DNA of 64,000 bases from Caldilineales bacterium (lineage in GTDB: Bacteria > Chloroflexota > Anaerolineae > JAAEKA01), in the NCBI GenBank assembly GCA_025055015.1, contig JANWYQ010000210.1, positions 22,223 through 86,222 of the forward strand, written 5' to 3'. The notes beneath the pieces are model-generated. The model ran no database searches. It was not told the origin of the DNA and saw nothing but the letters and a program-made list of their open reading frames with translations. The position numbers were made by a program, and so were the translations under genes. Numbering within the stretch: position 1 is the first letter of the stretch; the number at the start of each line of letters is the position of its first letter. This document shows positions 19,895-31,491 of this stretch, piece after piece.

Positions 19895-20608
19895 ATGAAG
19901 ATCCTCATCTTCTCCGACCTGCACGCTAACTGGGAGGCGCTGCTGGCGCTGCAGCAGGCCGAGAGCCAGCCGGATGCCATCCTCTTCCTGGGCGACGTGG
20001 TGAACTTCGGTCCGGACCCTCAGCGCTGCCTGGCCTGGGTGCGGACTAACGCCACCGCGGTCGTCCGGGGCAACCACGACCACGCGGTGGCCTTCGGCGG
20101 CAGCCTGGGCGTCAACCCGGCGTTGCTGCCCATCTTCGAGCCGGCGCGGGACTTCACGCAAAGCGTGCTCTCGACCGAGGACCGGGCCTGGCTAGGCAAC
20201 CTGCCCTTGAGCCAAACCGTCGAGCTGGACGGAGCCATCTTCCACCTGGTGCATGCCATGCCCAGCGATCCCCTGGCCAAGCGGGTCTCCCTGGTCACCG
20301 CGCGCCAGGAGGACCTGGAGGCGGAGCTAGCTCTGCTGGAGCCGCGGCCCGACGTGTTGCTGGTGGGCCACACCCACCTGCCCGGCCTGCGCCAGGTCGG
20401 CCGCACGGTGATCGTCAACCCCGGCAGCCTGGGGCAGCCGCGCAACGGCACCCCCGACGCCACCTACGCCGTCTGGCGCGACGGCTTTCTGCAGATCCAC
20501 CACCTGCACTACGACCACGATACCACCCAGCGCAAGCTGATGTCGCTGCCTCTGGACCCGGACGTGATTGACCGGCTGCAGGAGATCTTGGAGACGGGGA
20601 GCGCTTAG
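19895..20608 (+). CDS. Metallophosphoesterase (calcineurin-like, YfcE-type)
   Basis: Motifs DLHAN, GDVVNFG, GNHD, GHTH. Confidence 0.8.
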   Translation: MKILIFSDLHANWEALLALQQAESQPDAILFLGDVVNFGPDPQRCLAWVRTNATAVVRGNHDHAVAFGGSLGVNPALLPIFEPARDFTQSVLSTEDRAWLGNLPLSQTVELDGAIFHLVHAMPSDPLAKRVSLVTARQEDLEAELALLEPRPDVLLVGHTHLPGLRQVGRTVIVNPGSLGQPRNGTPDATYAVWRDGFLQIHHLHYDHDTTQRKLMSLPLDPDVIDRLQEILETGSA

Positions 20609-20822
20609 GGAGATGAGAAGGCGTGGAACGGGGAAGGTGAGGTGCGAAGACGCCATGCGCGTGGGCTTGATCTCGACCTGGTTGAGCTGATCAACCAAGT
20701 GAAAGCGCTGGCGCCGTTGGCTGATCCGGCAGTCTGTTGCGCTAGCCTTTGTGTGTTTTCTGCGCTATAATGCGGCGCAAAATCCTAGACTGGAAACTTT
20801 GCGCCAGAGGGAGAAAGGCTAC

Positions 20823-21059
20823 ATGGCCAAGGTCCACATGGCGATAGTAGATCGTCTCTACGAACAGCAGATACGCTCTCTGTCGGCTGCCGATCGCTTG
20901 CAACTGGTCTCTCGCATCATCGAAGATTTAATCGCGGACGAGCCCCGTGCCAAGCGGAGGATTACGGAGTTGCGCGGCCTGGGCAAGAGAATTTGGCAAG
21001 GTGTTGATGCCCAGCAATATGTCAACGATCTGCGCGACGAGTGGGAGCAGCGCGCATAA
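20823..21059 (+). CDS. Putative type II antitoxin (VapB-like) upstream of PIN toxin
   Basis: Small ORF 5' of and overlapping the PIN gene. TATAAT box at 20766-20771 upstream. Confidence 0.5.
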   Translation: MAKVHMAIVDRLYEQQIRSLSAADRLQLVSRIIEDLIADEPRAKRRITELRGLGKRIWQGVDAQQYVNDLRDEWEQRA

Positions 21060-21094
21060 GGCGAGTTGACGTTGCGCTCCAGGGTGTTGCTAGG

Positions 21095-21508
21095 TTGGGA
21101 GTCGACACGGCGCCATTCATCTACTATATCGAGGAGAACCCGACTTATCTAGCGCGCATCGCTCCCATCTTCTTGGCCGCCGACGCAGGTCAGATCACGT
21201 TGGTCACTTCTACCATTACAGTGGCAGAGGTATTGATCCATCCGCTGCGCTTGGGGGCCGACGATCTGCGGAGGGAATACCTCGACCTCTTCTTGAACAG
21301 CGCAAATCTGGAAATTCAGAGTATTGACATAGAGGTCGCGCAAAGGGCGGCGGAGCTGCGCGTTACTCACAATGTGCGGTTGCCTGATGCTTTGCAAATT
21401 GCGGCTGCGCTGTACGCTGGGTGTACTGCCTTTCTGACGAATGACAGGCAGCTCGGCCACGTGACCGACCTGCGCATTTTGATCGTGGACGAGCTCGAGC
21501 TTGAGTGA
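21095..21508 (+). CDS. vapC: PIN-domain toxin VapC
   Basis: PIN acidic residues ([11 protein letters not shown]..., TNDRQL). Start uncertain: TTG at 21095 preferred; the ORF track starts it at 21041. Confidence 0.6.
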   Translation: MGVDTAPFIYYIEENPTYLARIAPIFLAADAGQITLVTSTITVAEVLIHPLRLGADDLRREYLDLFLNSANLEIQSIDIEVAQRAAELRVTHNVRLPDALQIAAALYAGCTAFLTNDRQLGHVTDLRILIVDELELE

Positions 21509-21525
21509 AAGGGGATCACAAGCCC

Positions 21526-22296
21526 ATGCTAGACCTCGCCAACAAGGTCGCCATCATCACCGGTGCATCGCGCGGCATCGGCCAGGCCATCGCCGAGGCC
21601 TACGCCCAAGCAGGCGCTGCCGTTGTCCTCACCAGCCGCAAGCTGGAGAACGTCGGGCCCGTGGCCGAGGCCATCCGCGCCGCCGGCGGCCGCGCCCTGG
21701 CCCTGGCCGCCCACGCCGGAGACCCGGCAGCCGCCGAGGCCGTGGTCCAGGCCGCGCTGGCGGAGTTCGGCCGCGTGGACATCCTGGTGAACAACGCGGC
21801 CACCAACCCCCACTTCGGACCACTGCTGACCGCGGAGGCCAGCCACTGGGACAAGATCATGGAGGTCAACGTCAAGGGCTACTTCTTTGCGGCCAAGGCG
21901 GCCGTGCCGGCCATGCAGGCCCAGGGCGGCGGCAAGATCATCAACATGGCCAGCATCGCCGGCATCAACCCGGGGCCGTTGATGGGGGTGTACAGCGTCA
22001 GCAAGGCTGCCGTGATCATGCTGACCAAGGCGCTGGCTGCGGAGCTGGCACCGGCCAACATCCAGGTCAACGCCATTGCGCCGGGGTTCATCAAGACGAA
22101 GTTCTCGGCTGCGCTGTGGAGCAACCCGGCGTTGAGCCAGGCCATCCAGCAGCTCACGCCGGCCGGCCGCATCGCCGAGCCCGCGGAGGTGGTGGGCGCG
22201 GCGCTGTACCTGGCCTCGGACCTGTCCGGCTTCACCACGGGCAGCGTGCTCGTCGTGGACGGCGGCTACCTGCTGGGTGCCACGCCGCGGCCGTGA
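21526..22296 (+). CDS. Short-chain dehydrogenase/reductase (FabG-like SDR)
   Basis: TGASRGIG Rossmann motif, NNAA, YxxxK (YSVSKAAV). Confidence 0.85.
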   Translation: MLDLANKVAIITGASRGIGQAIAEAYAQAGAAVVLTSRKLENVGPVAEAIRAAGGRALALAAHAGDPAAAEAVVQAALAEFGRVDILVNNAATNPHFGPLLTAEASHWDKIMEVNVKGYFFAAKAAVPAMQAQGGGKIINMASIAGINPGPLMGVYSVSKAAVIMLTKALAAELAPANIQVNAIAPGFIKTKFSAALWSNPALSQAIQQLTPAGRIAEPAEVVGAALYLASDLSGFTTGSVLVVDGGYLLGATPRP

Positions 22297-22335
22297 TCCG
22301 TGACCCGTGATCGGCCATCGGTGATCAGCCATTAG
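22292..22335. repeat. Heptanucleotide tandem repeat (CGTGATC-like, ~6 units) overlapping the SDR stop codon
   Basis: ccgtgatccgtgacccgtgatcggccatcggtgatcagccatt shows 7-nt periodicity. Confidence 0.6.
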
Positions 22336-22460
22336 CGAGTGCATGCGGGCGCGACGCCTCTCACCGGGAGGAGCGACCTCGGTGGACTGTAGCGCCTGTT
22401 ACCGTTCGCAGTGTACCGCCCACCGCGGTTTGCCCGCCTAGGCCCTTGGCGGTACAATAG

Positions 22461-24077
<1,617 letters not shown>

Positions 24078-24151
24078 GTGACGCGGACCGAGCCATGGGC
24101 AACCCGTAACACCTCATCCAGCATCAGGAGCGGTTACGGGGTACAAGCGCC

Positions 24152-27100
24152 GTGTTGCTCCCTCGTTGGAGACCAGAAAACGTGATCTATCGTGTCGAAG
24201 TGTCGCTCAGGCCAGGCCTCCCGGACGCGCGCGGGGCGGCGCTGCTGCGGCAGGCCGAGGCGCTGGGGGTGAGGGGGGTGCACTCCCTGGCAGTGGCCGA
24301 CCTGTACTTTCTGGCCGGCGAGCTGGACGAGGACGCCTTGCAGCGGCTGGTGGCCGAGCTCCTCCACGACCCGGTGGTGGAGGAGGCGCTGTGGCGACCT
24401 GTGTCGGCAGGCGCAGAGCCGGCAGCGCCCGCTGACGCCTGGTCCGTCGAGGTGACCTTGCTGCCCGGCGTGACCGACAGCGTGGCCGAGAGCCTGATGG
24501 CCGGCGCTGCGATGATCGGCGTCCACGGCCTGCGCCGGGCTGCCTCCGGCCGTCGCTATACGTTGACGGGGGACCTGAGCGAGGTGGACGTGCACCGAGT
24601 GGCCCGCGGCCTGTTGGCCAACGAGGTGATCCAGCGCTACTGGGTCAACCGGCCGGCGAGGCCGCCCTTCCTGGAGGATGGGCGCGACGGCGCGTCAGGG
24701 GAGGCAGATGGGGCGCCGTGGGTGGAGGTCATCCCCTTGCGGGAGGCGGACGACGCCGGCCTGCTGGCCATCAGCCAGGCGCGGCGGCTGGCCTTGGACC
24801 TGGCCGAGATGCGGGCGATCCAGGCCTACTTCCGGGCGGCGGCGCGCGAGCCCACCGACGTGGAGCTAGAGATGCTGGCCCAGACCTGGTCCGAGCACTG
24901 CGTCCACAAGACCTTCAAGGCCGTCATCGAGTACGTCGGACCGCCTCCGGGCCCGGTGGAGCCAACCAGCGCTCACCGGTCACCGCTTGCCGCTCAGCGA
25001 ATAGACGGCCTGCTCAAAACCTACATCCGCGCGGCCACGGAGAAGGTGGCCAAGCCCTGGGTGCGCTCTGCCTTCGTGGACAACGCCGGCATCGTGGCCT
25101 ACGACGACCGGTTCGACGTGGCCTTCAAGGTGGAGACCCACAACCATCCCTCGGCGTTGGAGCCCTTCGGCGGCGCCAACACCGGCGTGGGCGGCGTGGT
25201 CCGGGACATCATCGGCGTCAGCGCGCGGCCGATCGCCAACACCGACGTCCTGTTTTTCGGCCCGCGCGACCTGCCCTGGGAGCAGCTCCCGGCCGGCGTG
25301 TTGCACCCGCGGCGCATCGCCGACGGCGTGGTCGCCGGCATCGAGGACTACGGCAACAAGATGGGCATCCCCACGGTCAACGGCGCCATCTTCACCGACC
25401 CTGGCTACACGGCCAACCCGCTGGTGTTCTGCGGCTGCGTGGGCATCCTGCCTCACGGCTCCCACCGCACCCAGCCCCAGCCGGGCGATCTGGTGGTGGT
25501 GATCGGCGGCCGCACCGGCCGCGACGGCCTGCGCGGCGCTACCTTCTCCTCCATGGAGATGGACCACCAGACGGGGGAGATCGCCAGCAGCGCGGTGCAG
25601 ATCGGCCACCCGATCCACGAGAAGCAGGTGCTGGAAGCGGTGCTGCAGGCGCGGGACGAGGGGCTGTACAACGCCATCACCGACTGCGGCGCAGGCGGGC
25701 TCTCCTCGGCCATCGGCGAGATGGCCAAGGCGCTGGGCGCGGTGGTGCACCTGGAGCGGGCGCCGTTGAAGTACACCGGCCTGCGGCCGTGGGAGATCTG
25801 GCTCAGCGAGGCGCAGGAGCGGATGGTGCTGGCCGTGCCGCCCGCCCGATGGCCGCGCTTCCAGGCCATCTGCGCAGGGCTGGACGTGGAGGCCACGGCC
25901 TTGGGCGAGTTCACTGGCGATGGCCGTCTGCGCATCTTCTACGGCGAGCACCTGGTGGGCGACGTGGACGTGGCCTTCCTGCACGATGGCATCCCGCAGC
26001 GGCAGCTCAGGGCGGAGTGGCGCCCTGGTCAATGGTCAATGGTCAATGGTCAATGGCCAATGGTCAATGGCCGATGGTCAATGGCCAATGGTCAATGGCC
26101 GATGGTCAATGGCCAATGGTCAATGGCCAATTTGACGGAGGTGCTGGTGGCGCTGCTGGGCATGCCGGAGACGCGCAGCAAGGAGCCTGTGGTGCGGCAG
26201 TACGACCACGAGGTGCAGGGCGGCACCGTGGTCAAGCCCTTGGTGGGCGCGGGGAACGCCGGGCCCGGCGACGCCGCCGTCCTGATCCCGCTGGACGTCC
26301 TGCGTCGAGCGGCGAGCGGTGAACCGTCTGCGGTGAAGCGTGAGGCTGTGCGCGGGATCGCGTTGGCCGTCGGCGCCAACCCCTTCTACACGGCGCTGGA
26401 CCCCTACTGCATGGCCTGGGCGGCAGTGGACGAGGCGGTGCGCAACGTGGTGGCGGTGGGCGCGGACCCCGACCAGGTGTCCCTGCTGGACAACTTCTCC
26501 TGGGGCAATCCTAACCTGCCCGACCGGCTGGGCAGCCTGGTGCGCTGCGTGCAGGGCTGCCACGACGCGGCCGTGGCCTATGCCGCGCCTTTCATCAGCG
26601 GCAAGGACAGCCTGAACAACGAGTACACCGGCGCGGACGGCCAGAAGCACGCCATTCCCGGCACCCTGGTGATCTCGGCCCTGGGCATCGTGCCGGACGC
26701 CGGCCGCACCGTGACCATGGACCTGAAGCGCGCCGGCGACTGGCTGTACATCGTCGGCCTGACGCGCGGGGAGCTGGGCGGGTCGAGCTGGTTGCGCCGC
26801 TTCGGCGCCGCTGCAGTGGGCGTTCCGCCCCAGCCGCCCACGGACGCCCTCGACCTGTATCGCCGCTTGCACCGGGCTATCCGCCAGGGGCTAGTGCAGG
26901 CCTGCCACGACTGCTCCGAGGGAGGCCTGGCCGTGGCCGCGGCCGAGATGGCGCTGGCCGGCGGGCTCGGCCTGGAGCTGCGCCTGGCCGCGGTTCCCCG
27001 CACGGCCGAGGCCGACAGCGACGCCGTCGTCGCTTTCTGCGAGTCCCTGGGCCGGCTGCTGGTGGCCGTGCGCCCCTCCGCCTCCGACGCCTTCGAGGCC

Positions 27101-27235
27101 CTGCTGGCCGGCCACCCTGTGGCCCGCATCGGCCGCGTGCGCAGCGACAACAGGATCGTCGTGACAGGCCTAGGCGGCCAGCCGGTCATCGAAACCGATC
27201 TGACCGCCGTGGAAAAAGCCTGGCGCAGCGAGTGA
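24152..27235 (+). CDS. purL: FGAM synthase subunit PurL with two fused N-terminal PurS-like domains (PurS-PurS-PurL)
   Basis: Two ~85-aa PurS-like repeats followed by PurL motifs (SEHCVHKTF, DCGAGGLSSAIGEMA, duplicated AIRS-like halves). Contains an in-frame heptamer repeat (see repeat feature). Confidence 0.85.
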   Translation: MLLPRWRPENVIYRVEVSLRPGLPDARGAALLRQAEALGVRGVHSLAVADLYFLAGELDEDALQRLVAELLHDPVVEEALWRPVSAGAEPAAPADAWSVEVTLLPGVTDSVAESLMAGAAMIGVHGLRRAASGRRYTLTGDLSEVDVHRVARGLLANEVIQRYWVNRPARPPFLEDGRDGASGEADGAPWVEVIPLREADDAGLLAISQARRLALDLAEMRAIQAYFRAAAREPTDVELEMLAQTWSEHCVHKTFKAVIEYVGPPPGPVEPTSAHRSPLAAQRIDGLLKTYIRAATEKVAKPWVRSAFVDNAGIVAYDDRFDVAFKVETHNHPSALEPFGGANTGVGGVVRDIIGVSARPIANTDVLFFGPRDLPWEQLPAGVLHPRRIADGVVAGIEDYGNKMGIPTVNGAIFTDPGYTANPLVFCGCVGILPHGSHRTQPQPGDLVVVIGGRTGRDGLRGATFSSMEMDHQTGEIASSAVQIGHPIHEKQVLEAVLQARDEGLYNAITDCGAGGLSSAIGEMAKALGAVVHLERAPLKYTGLRPWEIWLSEAQERMVLAVPPARWPRFQAICAGLDVEATALGEFTGDGRLRIFYGEHLVGDVDVAFLHDGIPQRQLRAEWRPGQWSMVNGQWPMVNGRWSMANGQWPMVNGQWSMANLTEVLVALLGMPETRSKEPVVRQYDHEVQGGTVVKPLVGAGNAGPGDAAVLIPLDVLRRAASGEPSAVKREAVRGIALAVGANPFYTALDPYCMAWAAVDEAVRNVVAVGADPDQVSLLDNFSWGNPNLPDRLGSLVRCVQGCHDAAVAYAAPFISGKDSLNNEYTGADGQKHAIPGTLVISALGIVPDAGRTVTMDLKRAGDWLYIVGLTRGELGGSSWLRRFGAAAVGVPPQPPTDALDLYRRLHRAIRQGLVQACHDCSEGGLAVAAAEMALAGGLGLELRLAAVPRTAEADSDAVVAFCESLGRLLVAVRPSASDAFEALLAGHPVARIGRVRSDNRIVVTGLGGQPVIETDLTAVEKAWRSE
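26016..26120 (+). repeat. 15 x 7-bp tandem repeat (TGGTCAA/TGGCCAA/TGGCCGA), in frame within the purL inter-domain linker
   Basis: 105 bp of perfect 7-nt periodicity encoding GQWSMVN/GQWPMVN x5. Confidence 0.9.
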
Positions 27236-27320
27236 CGGCCATTGCGTAACCCGGAACCGCAACCACTCTGCTGATAGCACCATCGTTGCCCTAGTCCCGC
27301 GTGGCGCCTAGCTTGTCCCT

Positions 27321-27348
27321 GGTTACCGTTCACCGCTCACCGTTCAGC
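27321..27348. repeat. Heptamer repeat GTTCACC-like (4 units) in the purL-purQ intergenic region
   Basis: ggttaccgttcaccgctcaccgttcagc. Confidence 0.55.
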
Positions 27349-27352
27349 GATT

Positions 27353-28186
27353 ATGCTCCCACCCATCCTGATCCTCCATGCCACCGGCACCAACCGCGAC
27401 CGCGAGGCGGCGTGGGCGTGTGAGCTGGCCGGCGGCGCGCCGGAGATCGTGCACATGAACCAGCTCCTGGCCGGCGAGCGCCGCCTGATGGACTACCGCA
27501 TGCTGGTGTTACCCGGCGGCTTCAGCTACGGCGACGACCTGGGCGCGGGCAAGCTGTGGGCCGTGGCCCTGCGCCATGGCCTGGGCGACGGGCTGGAAGC
27601 CTTTGTGGCCGCCGGCCGGCCGGTGTTGGGCATCTGCAACGGCTTCCAGGCCCTGGTCAAGGCCGGCCTGTTGCCTGCCCTTCGCGACATGGAGCCTTTG
27701 TCCAATCTATCCATCTCTCCATCTACCAACCAACAAGCCACCCTCACCCGCAACGACTCGGGCCGCTTCGAGTGCCGTTGGGTCTACCTGCAGCCGCAGG
27801 CCGGCAGCCCGTGCGTGTTCACCCAAGGGCTCCACGAGCCGATTTACTGCCCGGTGGCCCACGGCGAGGGCAAGTTCGTGGCGCGGGACAAGGCCACCCT
27901 GGCCGCCATCGAGGCACAGGGGCTGGTGGCGCTGCGCTACGCGCGCGAGCCGCACGCGGCTGAGGCCGCCGCTGCCGAGGGGGTGGAATACCCCTGGAAC
28001 CCCAACGGCTCGCAGAACGACATCGCCGGCGTGTGCAACCCGGCCGGCAACGTCTTCGGCCTGATGCCGCATCCGGAGGACCACATCGTGCCCCACCAAC
28101 ATCCGCGCGCCCACCGTGGCGAGCACGGGTGTCTGGGCTTGCCGCTGTTCGTCAACGGCGTGCGCTACGCCGCGGAGGTTGGTTGA
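27353..28186 (+). CDS. purQ: FGAM synthase glutaminase subunit PurQ (class I GATase)
   Basis: LPGGFSYGDDL, GICNGFQ (Cys nucleophile), HPE motif. Contains a low-GC ~50-nt insertion at 27699-27750 with 7-nt periodicity. Confidence 0.85.
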   Translation: MLPPILILHATGTNRDREAAWACELAGGAPEIVHMNQLLAGERRLMDYRMLVLPGGFSYGDDLGAGKLWAVALRHGLGDGLEAFVAAGRPVLGICNGFQALVKAGLLPALRDMEPLSNLSISPSTNQQATLTRNDSGRFECRWVYLQPQAGSPCVFTQGLHEPIYCPVAHGEGKFVARDKATLAAIEAQGLVALRYAREPHAAEAAAAEGVEYPWNPNGSQNDIAGVCNPAGNVFGLMPHPEDHIVPHQHPRAHRGEHGCLGLPLFVNGVRYAAEVG

Positions 28187-28218
28187 GGGTAAAGCTAGAG
28201 GAGCGAGGAAACCATACT

Positions 28219-29190
28219 ATGTTAACCACCGACCAAATCATCGCTGCCATCCCCCATGCCCTGCTGCGCGTGGACCTGGAGGGCTTTGGACCGCGGCTGG
28301 AGGGCAAGGTGCGGGACATCTACATCCAGGACGGCCGCCGCATCCTGATCACCACCGACCGGGTGTCGGCCTTCGACCGGGTGCTGGGCGCTATCCCCTT
28401 CAAGGGCCAGGTGCTCAACCAGCTCAGCGCCTGGTGGTTCGACCAGGTGAGCGACATCGTGGCCAGCCACGTGATCAGCGTGCCCGACCCCAACGTGACC
28501 ATCGCCCACGAGGCGCAGGCCCTGCCGGTGGAGGTCATCGTGCGCGGCTACATCACCGGCGTCACCAGCACCTCGCTGTGGACGCTGTACAAGCAGGGCG
28601 TGCCGCGGCCCTACGGGCTCGACCTGCCGCCGGGGCTGCAAAAGAACGATCCCCTGCCCCAGCCGGTGATCACCCCCACCACCAAGGCTACCGGCGGCGC
28701 CCACGACGAGCGGCTCACCTCCGCCGAGGTAGTGGAGCGCGGGCTGGTGCCGCCCGACCTGTGGGAGGAGGTGCAGGCCGTGGCGCTGGAGATCTTCCGC
28801 CGCGGGCAGGAGGTCGCCCGCCGGGCGGGCCTGATCTTGGTGGACACCAAGTACGAGTTCGGCTTGATCAACGGCCGGCTGGCGCTGATTGACGAGGTGC
28901 ACACCCCCGACAGCAGCCGCTACTGGGTGGCCGAGAGCTACGAGGCCGCTCGTCAGGCCGACCGCGAGCCGGAGAGCTTCGACAAGGAGTTCCTGCGCCT
29001 GTGGTTCGTGGCCCAGGGCTACCGCGGGGAGGGCCAGCCGCCTGCCATGCCGGCGGAGTTCATCGCCCAGGTGGCCCAGCGCTACATCGCCGCCTACGAA
29101 CGGCTCACCGGCCTGCCCTTCGAGCCCGGCGCGCAGCCGGCCGCGGAGCGCATTCGGCAGGCGCTGCTGCGCGTAGCCGGTGAACCGTAA
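28219..29190 (+). CDS. purC: SAICAR synthetase (long form)
   Basis: GKVRDIY, DRVSAFD, and LVDTKYEFG motifs. Start at MLTTDQ (atg 28219). Confidence 0.85.
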   Translation: MLTTDQIIAAIPHALLRVDLEGFGPRLEGKVRDIYIQDGRRILITTDRVSAFDRVLGAIPFKGQVLNQLSAWWFDQVSDIVASHVISVPDPNVTIAHEAQALPVEVIVRGYITGVTSTSLWTLYKQGVPRPYGLDLPPGLQKNDPLPQPVITPTTKATGGAHDERLTSAEVVERGLVPPDLWEEVQAVALEIFRRGQEVARRAGLILVDTKYEFGLINGRLALIDEVHTPDSSRYWVAESYEAARQADREPESFDKEFLRLWFVAQGYRGEGQPPAMPAEFIAQVAQRYIAAYERLTGLPFEPGAQPAAERIRQALLRVAGEP

Positions 29191-29231
29191 AGGCGAAACG
29201 GTGTCCGCTGCACGGCAGCTTGTTCGAGCGC

Positions 29232-29298
29232 GATCACCGGCGGACGATCACTGCTGACCGACCATCGGTCACCGATCACCCTCACTGACCACCGACAA
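29232..29298. repeat. Heptamer repeat GATCACC-like (~9 degenerate units) upstream of purE
   Basis: gatcacc|ggcggac|gatcact|gctgacc|gaccatc|ggtcacc|gatcacc|ctcactg|accaccg. Confidence 0.6.
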
Positions 29299-29308
29299 GG
29301 AGGAACCA

Positions 29309-29800
29309 ATGGCCTTCGTTCCCATCATCATGGGCTCCAAGTCCGACTTGAAGCACGGCCAGGAGATCGCGGCGGAGCTGGCCAAGTTTGGCATCGCCAG
29401 CGAGATCCGCGTCGCCTCGGCCCACAAGGTCCCAGCCTACGTGCTGGAGCTGCTGGCCGCCTACGAGGCCGACCCGCAGCCCAAGGTCTACATCACCGTG
29501 GCCGGCCGCAGCAACGCGCTCAGCGGGCTGGTGGACGGCAGCGTCAAGGCGCCGGTCATCGCGTGCCCGCCGGCCTCCGATCGCTTCGGCGGCGCGGACA
29601 TCTTCTCGTCGTTGCGCATGCCCTCCGGCATCGCGCCGGCCGTGGTGCTGGAGCCGTCCGCGGCTGCCTTGCTGGCCGCCAAGATCCTGGCCCTGGCCGA
29701 GCCGGCCCTGCGCGAGCGGGTTGAGGCTGCCCAGCAGGCTGCGCGGCAGGCGATCGTGGACGATGATAGGGCGGTGCGGGGCGTCAAGGGCAGCCCGTAG
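29309..29800 (+). CDS. purE: N5-CAIR mutase PurE
   Basis: IIMGSKSD, SAHK, AGRSNALSG motifs. RBS caaggagga. Confidence 0.85.
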   Translation: MAFVPIIMGSKSDLKHGQEIAAELAKFGIASEIRVASAHKVPAYVLELLAAYEADPQPKVYITVAGRSNALSGLVDGSVKAPVIACPPASDRFGGADIFSSLRMPSGIAPAVVLEPSAAALLAAKILALAEPALRERVEAAQQAARQAIVDDDRAVRGVKGSP

Positions 29801-29939
29801 CCCGTAAGCCGCCCAGTGGATGCATCTCATGTGTGACGAGTGATGCGTAACAAGCAATGCGCAAGGTGTGAGCGGCGTGGGCGCGCGGCCTTGCCGGTTG
29901 TGCCTTGCTCGTTGCTTAGGGCATCTTCAGTCGGCTCCA

Positions 29940-31421
29940 ATGGATCAAGACCCCTTCCCCTACGACCTCGACCGCCCCCGCGAGGCCTGCGGCGTCTTCG
30001 GCATCTACGCGCCCGGCGTGGACGTGGCGCGCACGACCTTCTTTGCCCTCTACGCCTTGCAGCACCGGGGGCAGGAGAGCGCCGGCATCGCCACGTGCGA
30101 CGGCCAGGTGGCCTACATCCACAAGGGCATGGGGCTGGTGCACCAGGTGTTCAACGAGGACAACCTACGGCCCCTCAAGGGCCACCTGGCCATCGGCCAC
30201 AACCGCTACTCCACCACCGGCGGCAGCCACCTGCGCAACGCCCAGCCCTACCTGATCGAGACCATGCACGGCCCCCTGGCGGTCGGCCACAACGGCAACC
30301 TCACCAACGCGCTGCGCCTGCGCCAGAAGCTGTTGGAGCGCGGGGTAGGGCTGATCTCCTCCAGCGACAGCGAGGTGATCACCCAGATGCTGGCCGCGCC
30401 GCCGCCGGGCGCCGGCCTGGCCAAGCCCGACTGGGAGGCTCGACTGGCGGCCTTCATGGCCGAGGCCGAGGGCGCCTATTCCCTGGTGATCCTGACGCGG
30501 CACGCGGTCTACGGCGTGCGCGACCCGCTGGGCCTCCGGCCGCTGTGCATCGGCCGGCTGCCGGAGAACGGCCACGCTGCCGGCTACGTGCTGGCCTCGG
30601 AGTCCTGCGCGCTAGGCACCATCGGCGCCGAGTTCGTGCGCGAGGTGCGGCCGGGTGAGATCGTCCGGCTGGACGCCGACGGCCTGCACGCTATCCAGGC
30701 CGTGGAGCCTGCCCGGCCGCCCGCCTTTTGCATCTTTGAGTACGTCTACTTCGCGCGGCCCGACTCGGTCATCGAGGGCCAGACCGTGCACCGGGTGCGC
30801 CAGCGGCTGGGCGAGACGCTGGCCCGCGAGGCGCCGGCCGACGCCGACATCGTGGTGGGCGTGCCCGACTCGGCCACGCCGGCCGCCATCGGCTATGCCA
30901 TCGCCTCCGGCCTGCCCTACACCGAGGGGCTGACCAAGAACCGCTACATCGGGCGCACCTTCATCCAGCCCGACGACCGGCTGCGCAAGGCGGGCGTGCA
31001 CCTCAAGTACAACCCCCTGCGCGCCAACCTGGAGGGCAAGCGGGTGGTGTTGGTGGACGATAGCATCGTGCGCGGCAACACGGCCGGGCCGCTGGTGCGC
31101 CTGCTGCGGGAGGGCGGCGCGGTGGAAGTGCACGTGCGGGTCAGCTCGCCGCCGGTGCGCTATCCCTGCTTCATGGGGATTGACATGGCGCGCGGGGAGG
31201 AGCTGATCGGCTACGCCAAGACCGTGGAGGAGATCCGCCAACACATCGGCGCCGACAGCCTGGCCTACCTCTCCCACCAGGGCATGATGCGCGCGGTGAT
31301 GGCCGAGCTGCGGGGCGAGGGCGGCCACTGCAGCGCCTGCTTCACCGGCTCCTACCCCATCCAGCTCGAGGAGTGGTGGACGGCCAAGGAGAAGCTGGCC
31401 TTCGAGGGAATATGGGGCTAG
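29940..31421 (+). CDS. purF: Amidophosphoribosyltransferase PurF
   Basis: N-terminal Ntn glutaminase CGVFGIY after propeptide, PRTase motif VVLVDDSIVRGNT, C-terminal 4Fe-4S Cys ligands (CxxC...C). Confidence 0.9.
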   Translation: MDQDPFPYDLDRPREACGVFGIYAPGVDVARTTFFALYALQHRGQESAGIATCDGQVAYIHKGMGLVHQVFNEDNLRPLKGHLAIGHNRYSTTGGSHLRNAQPYLIETMHGPLAVGHNGNLTNALRLRQKLLERGVGLISSSDSEVITQMLAAPPPGAGLAKPDWEARLAAFMAEAEGAYSLVILTRHAVYGVRDPLGLRPLCIGRLPENGHAAGYVLASESCALGTIGAEFVREVRPGEIVRLDADGLHAIQAVEPARPPAFCIFEYVYFARPDSVIEGQTVHRVRQRLGETLAREAPADADIVVGVPDSATPAAIGYAIASGLPYTEGLTKNRYIGRTFIQPDDRLRKAGVHLKYNPLRANLEGKRVVLVDDSIVRGNTAGPLVRLLREGGAVEVHVRVSSPPVRYPCFMGIDMARGEELIGYAKTVEEIRQHIGADSLAYLSHQGMMRAVMAELRGEGGHCSACFTGSYPIQLEEWWTAKEKLAFEGIWG

Positions 31422-31426
31422 GGGGC

Positions 31427-31455
31427 TTGACCTGGGTCCCATCCTGCATTATACT
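31427..31455 (+). promoter_or_regulatory. Canonical sigma70-type promoter TTGACC-17-TATACT driving the TA module
   Basis: Exact 17-nt spacer, 21 nt upstream of the ORF start. Confidence 0.5.
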
Positions 31456-31491
31456 GGCATCAGACCGGTTCCTAGCGTGCAAGGTGTGGCC

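Noticed and set aside
24718-26322. 534-aa alternative-frame ORF inside purL (and similar ORFs 22550..23227, 23498..24109 inside guaB)
   Set aside because: Out-of-frame, Gly/Arg/Pro-rich ORFs overlapping strongly supported PurL/GuaB frames.
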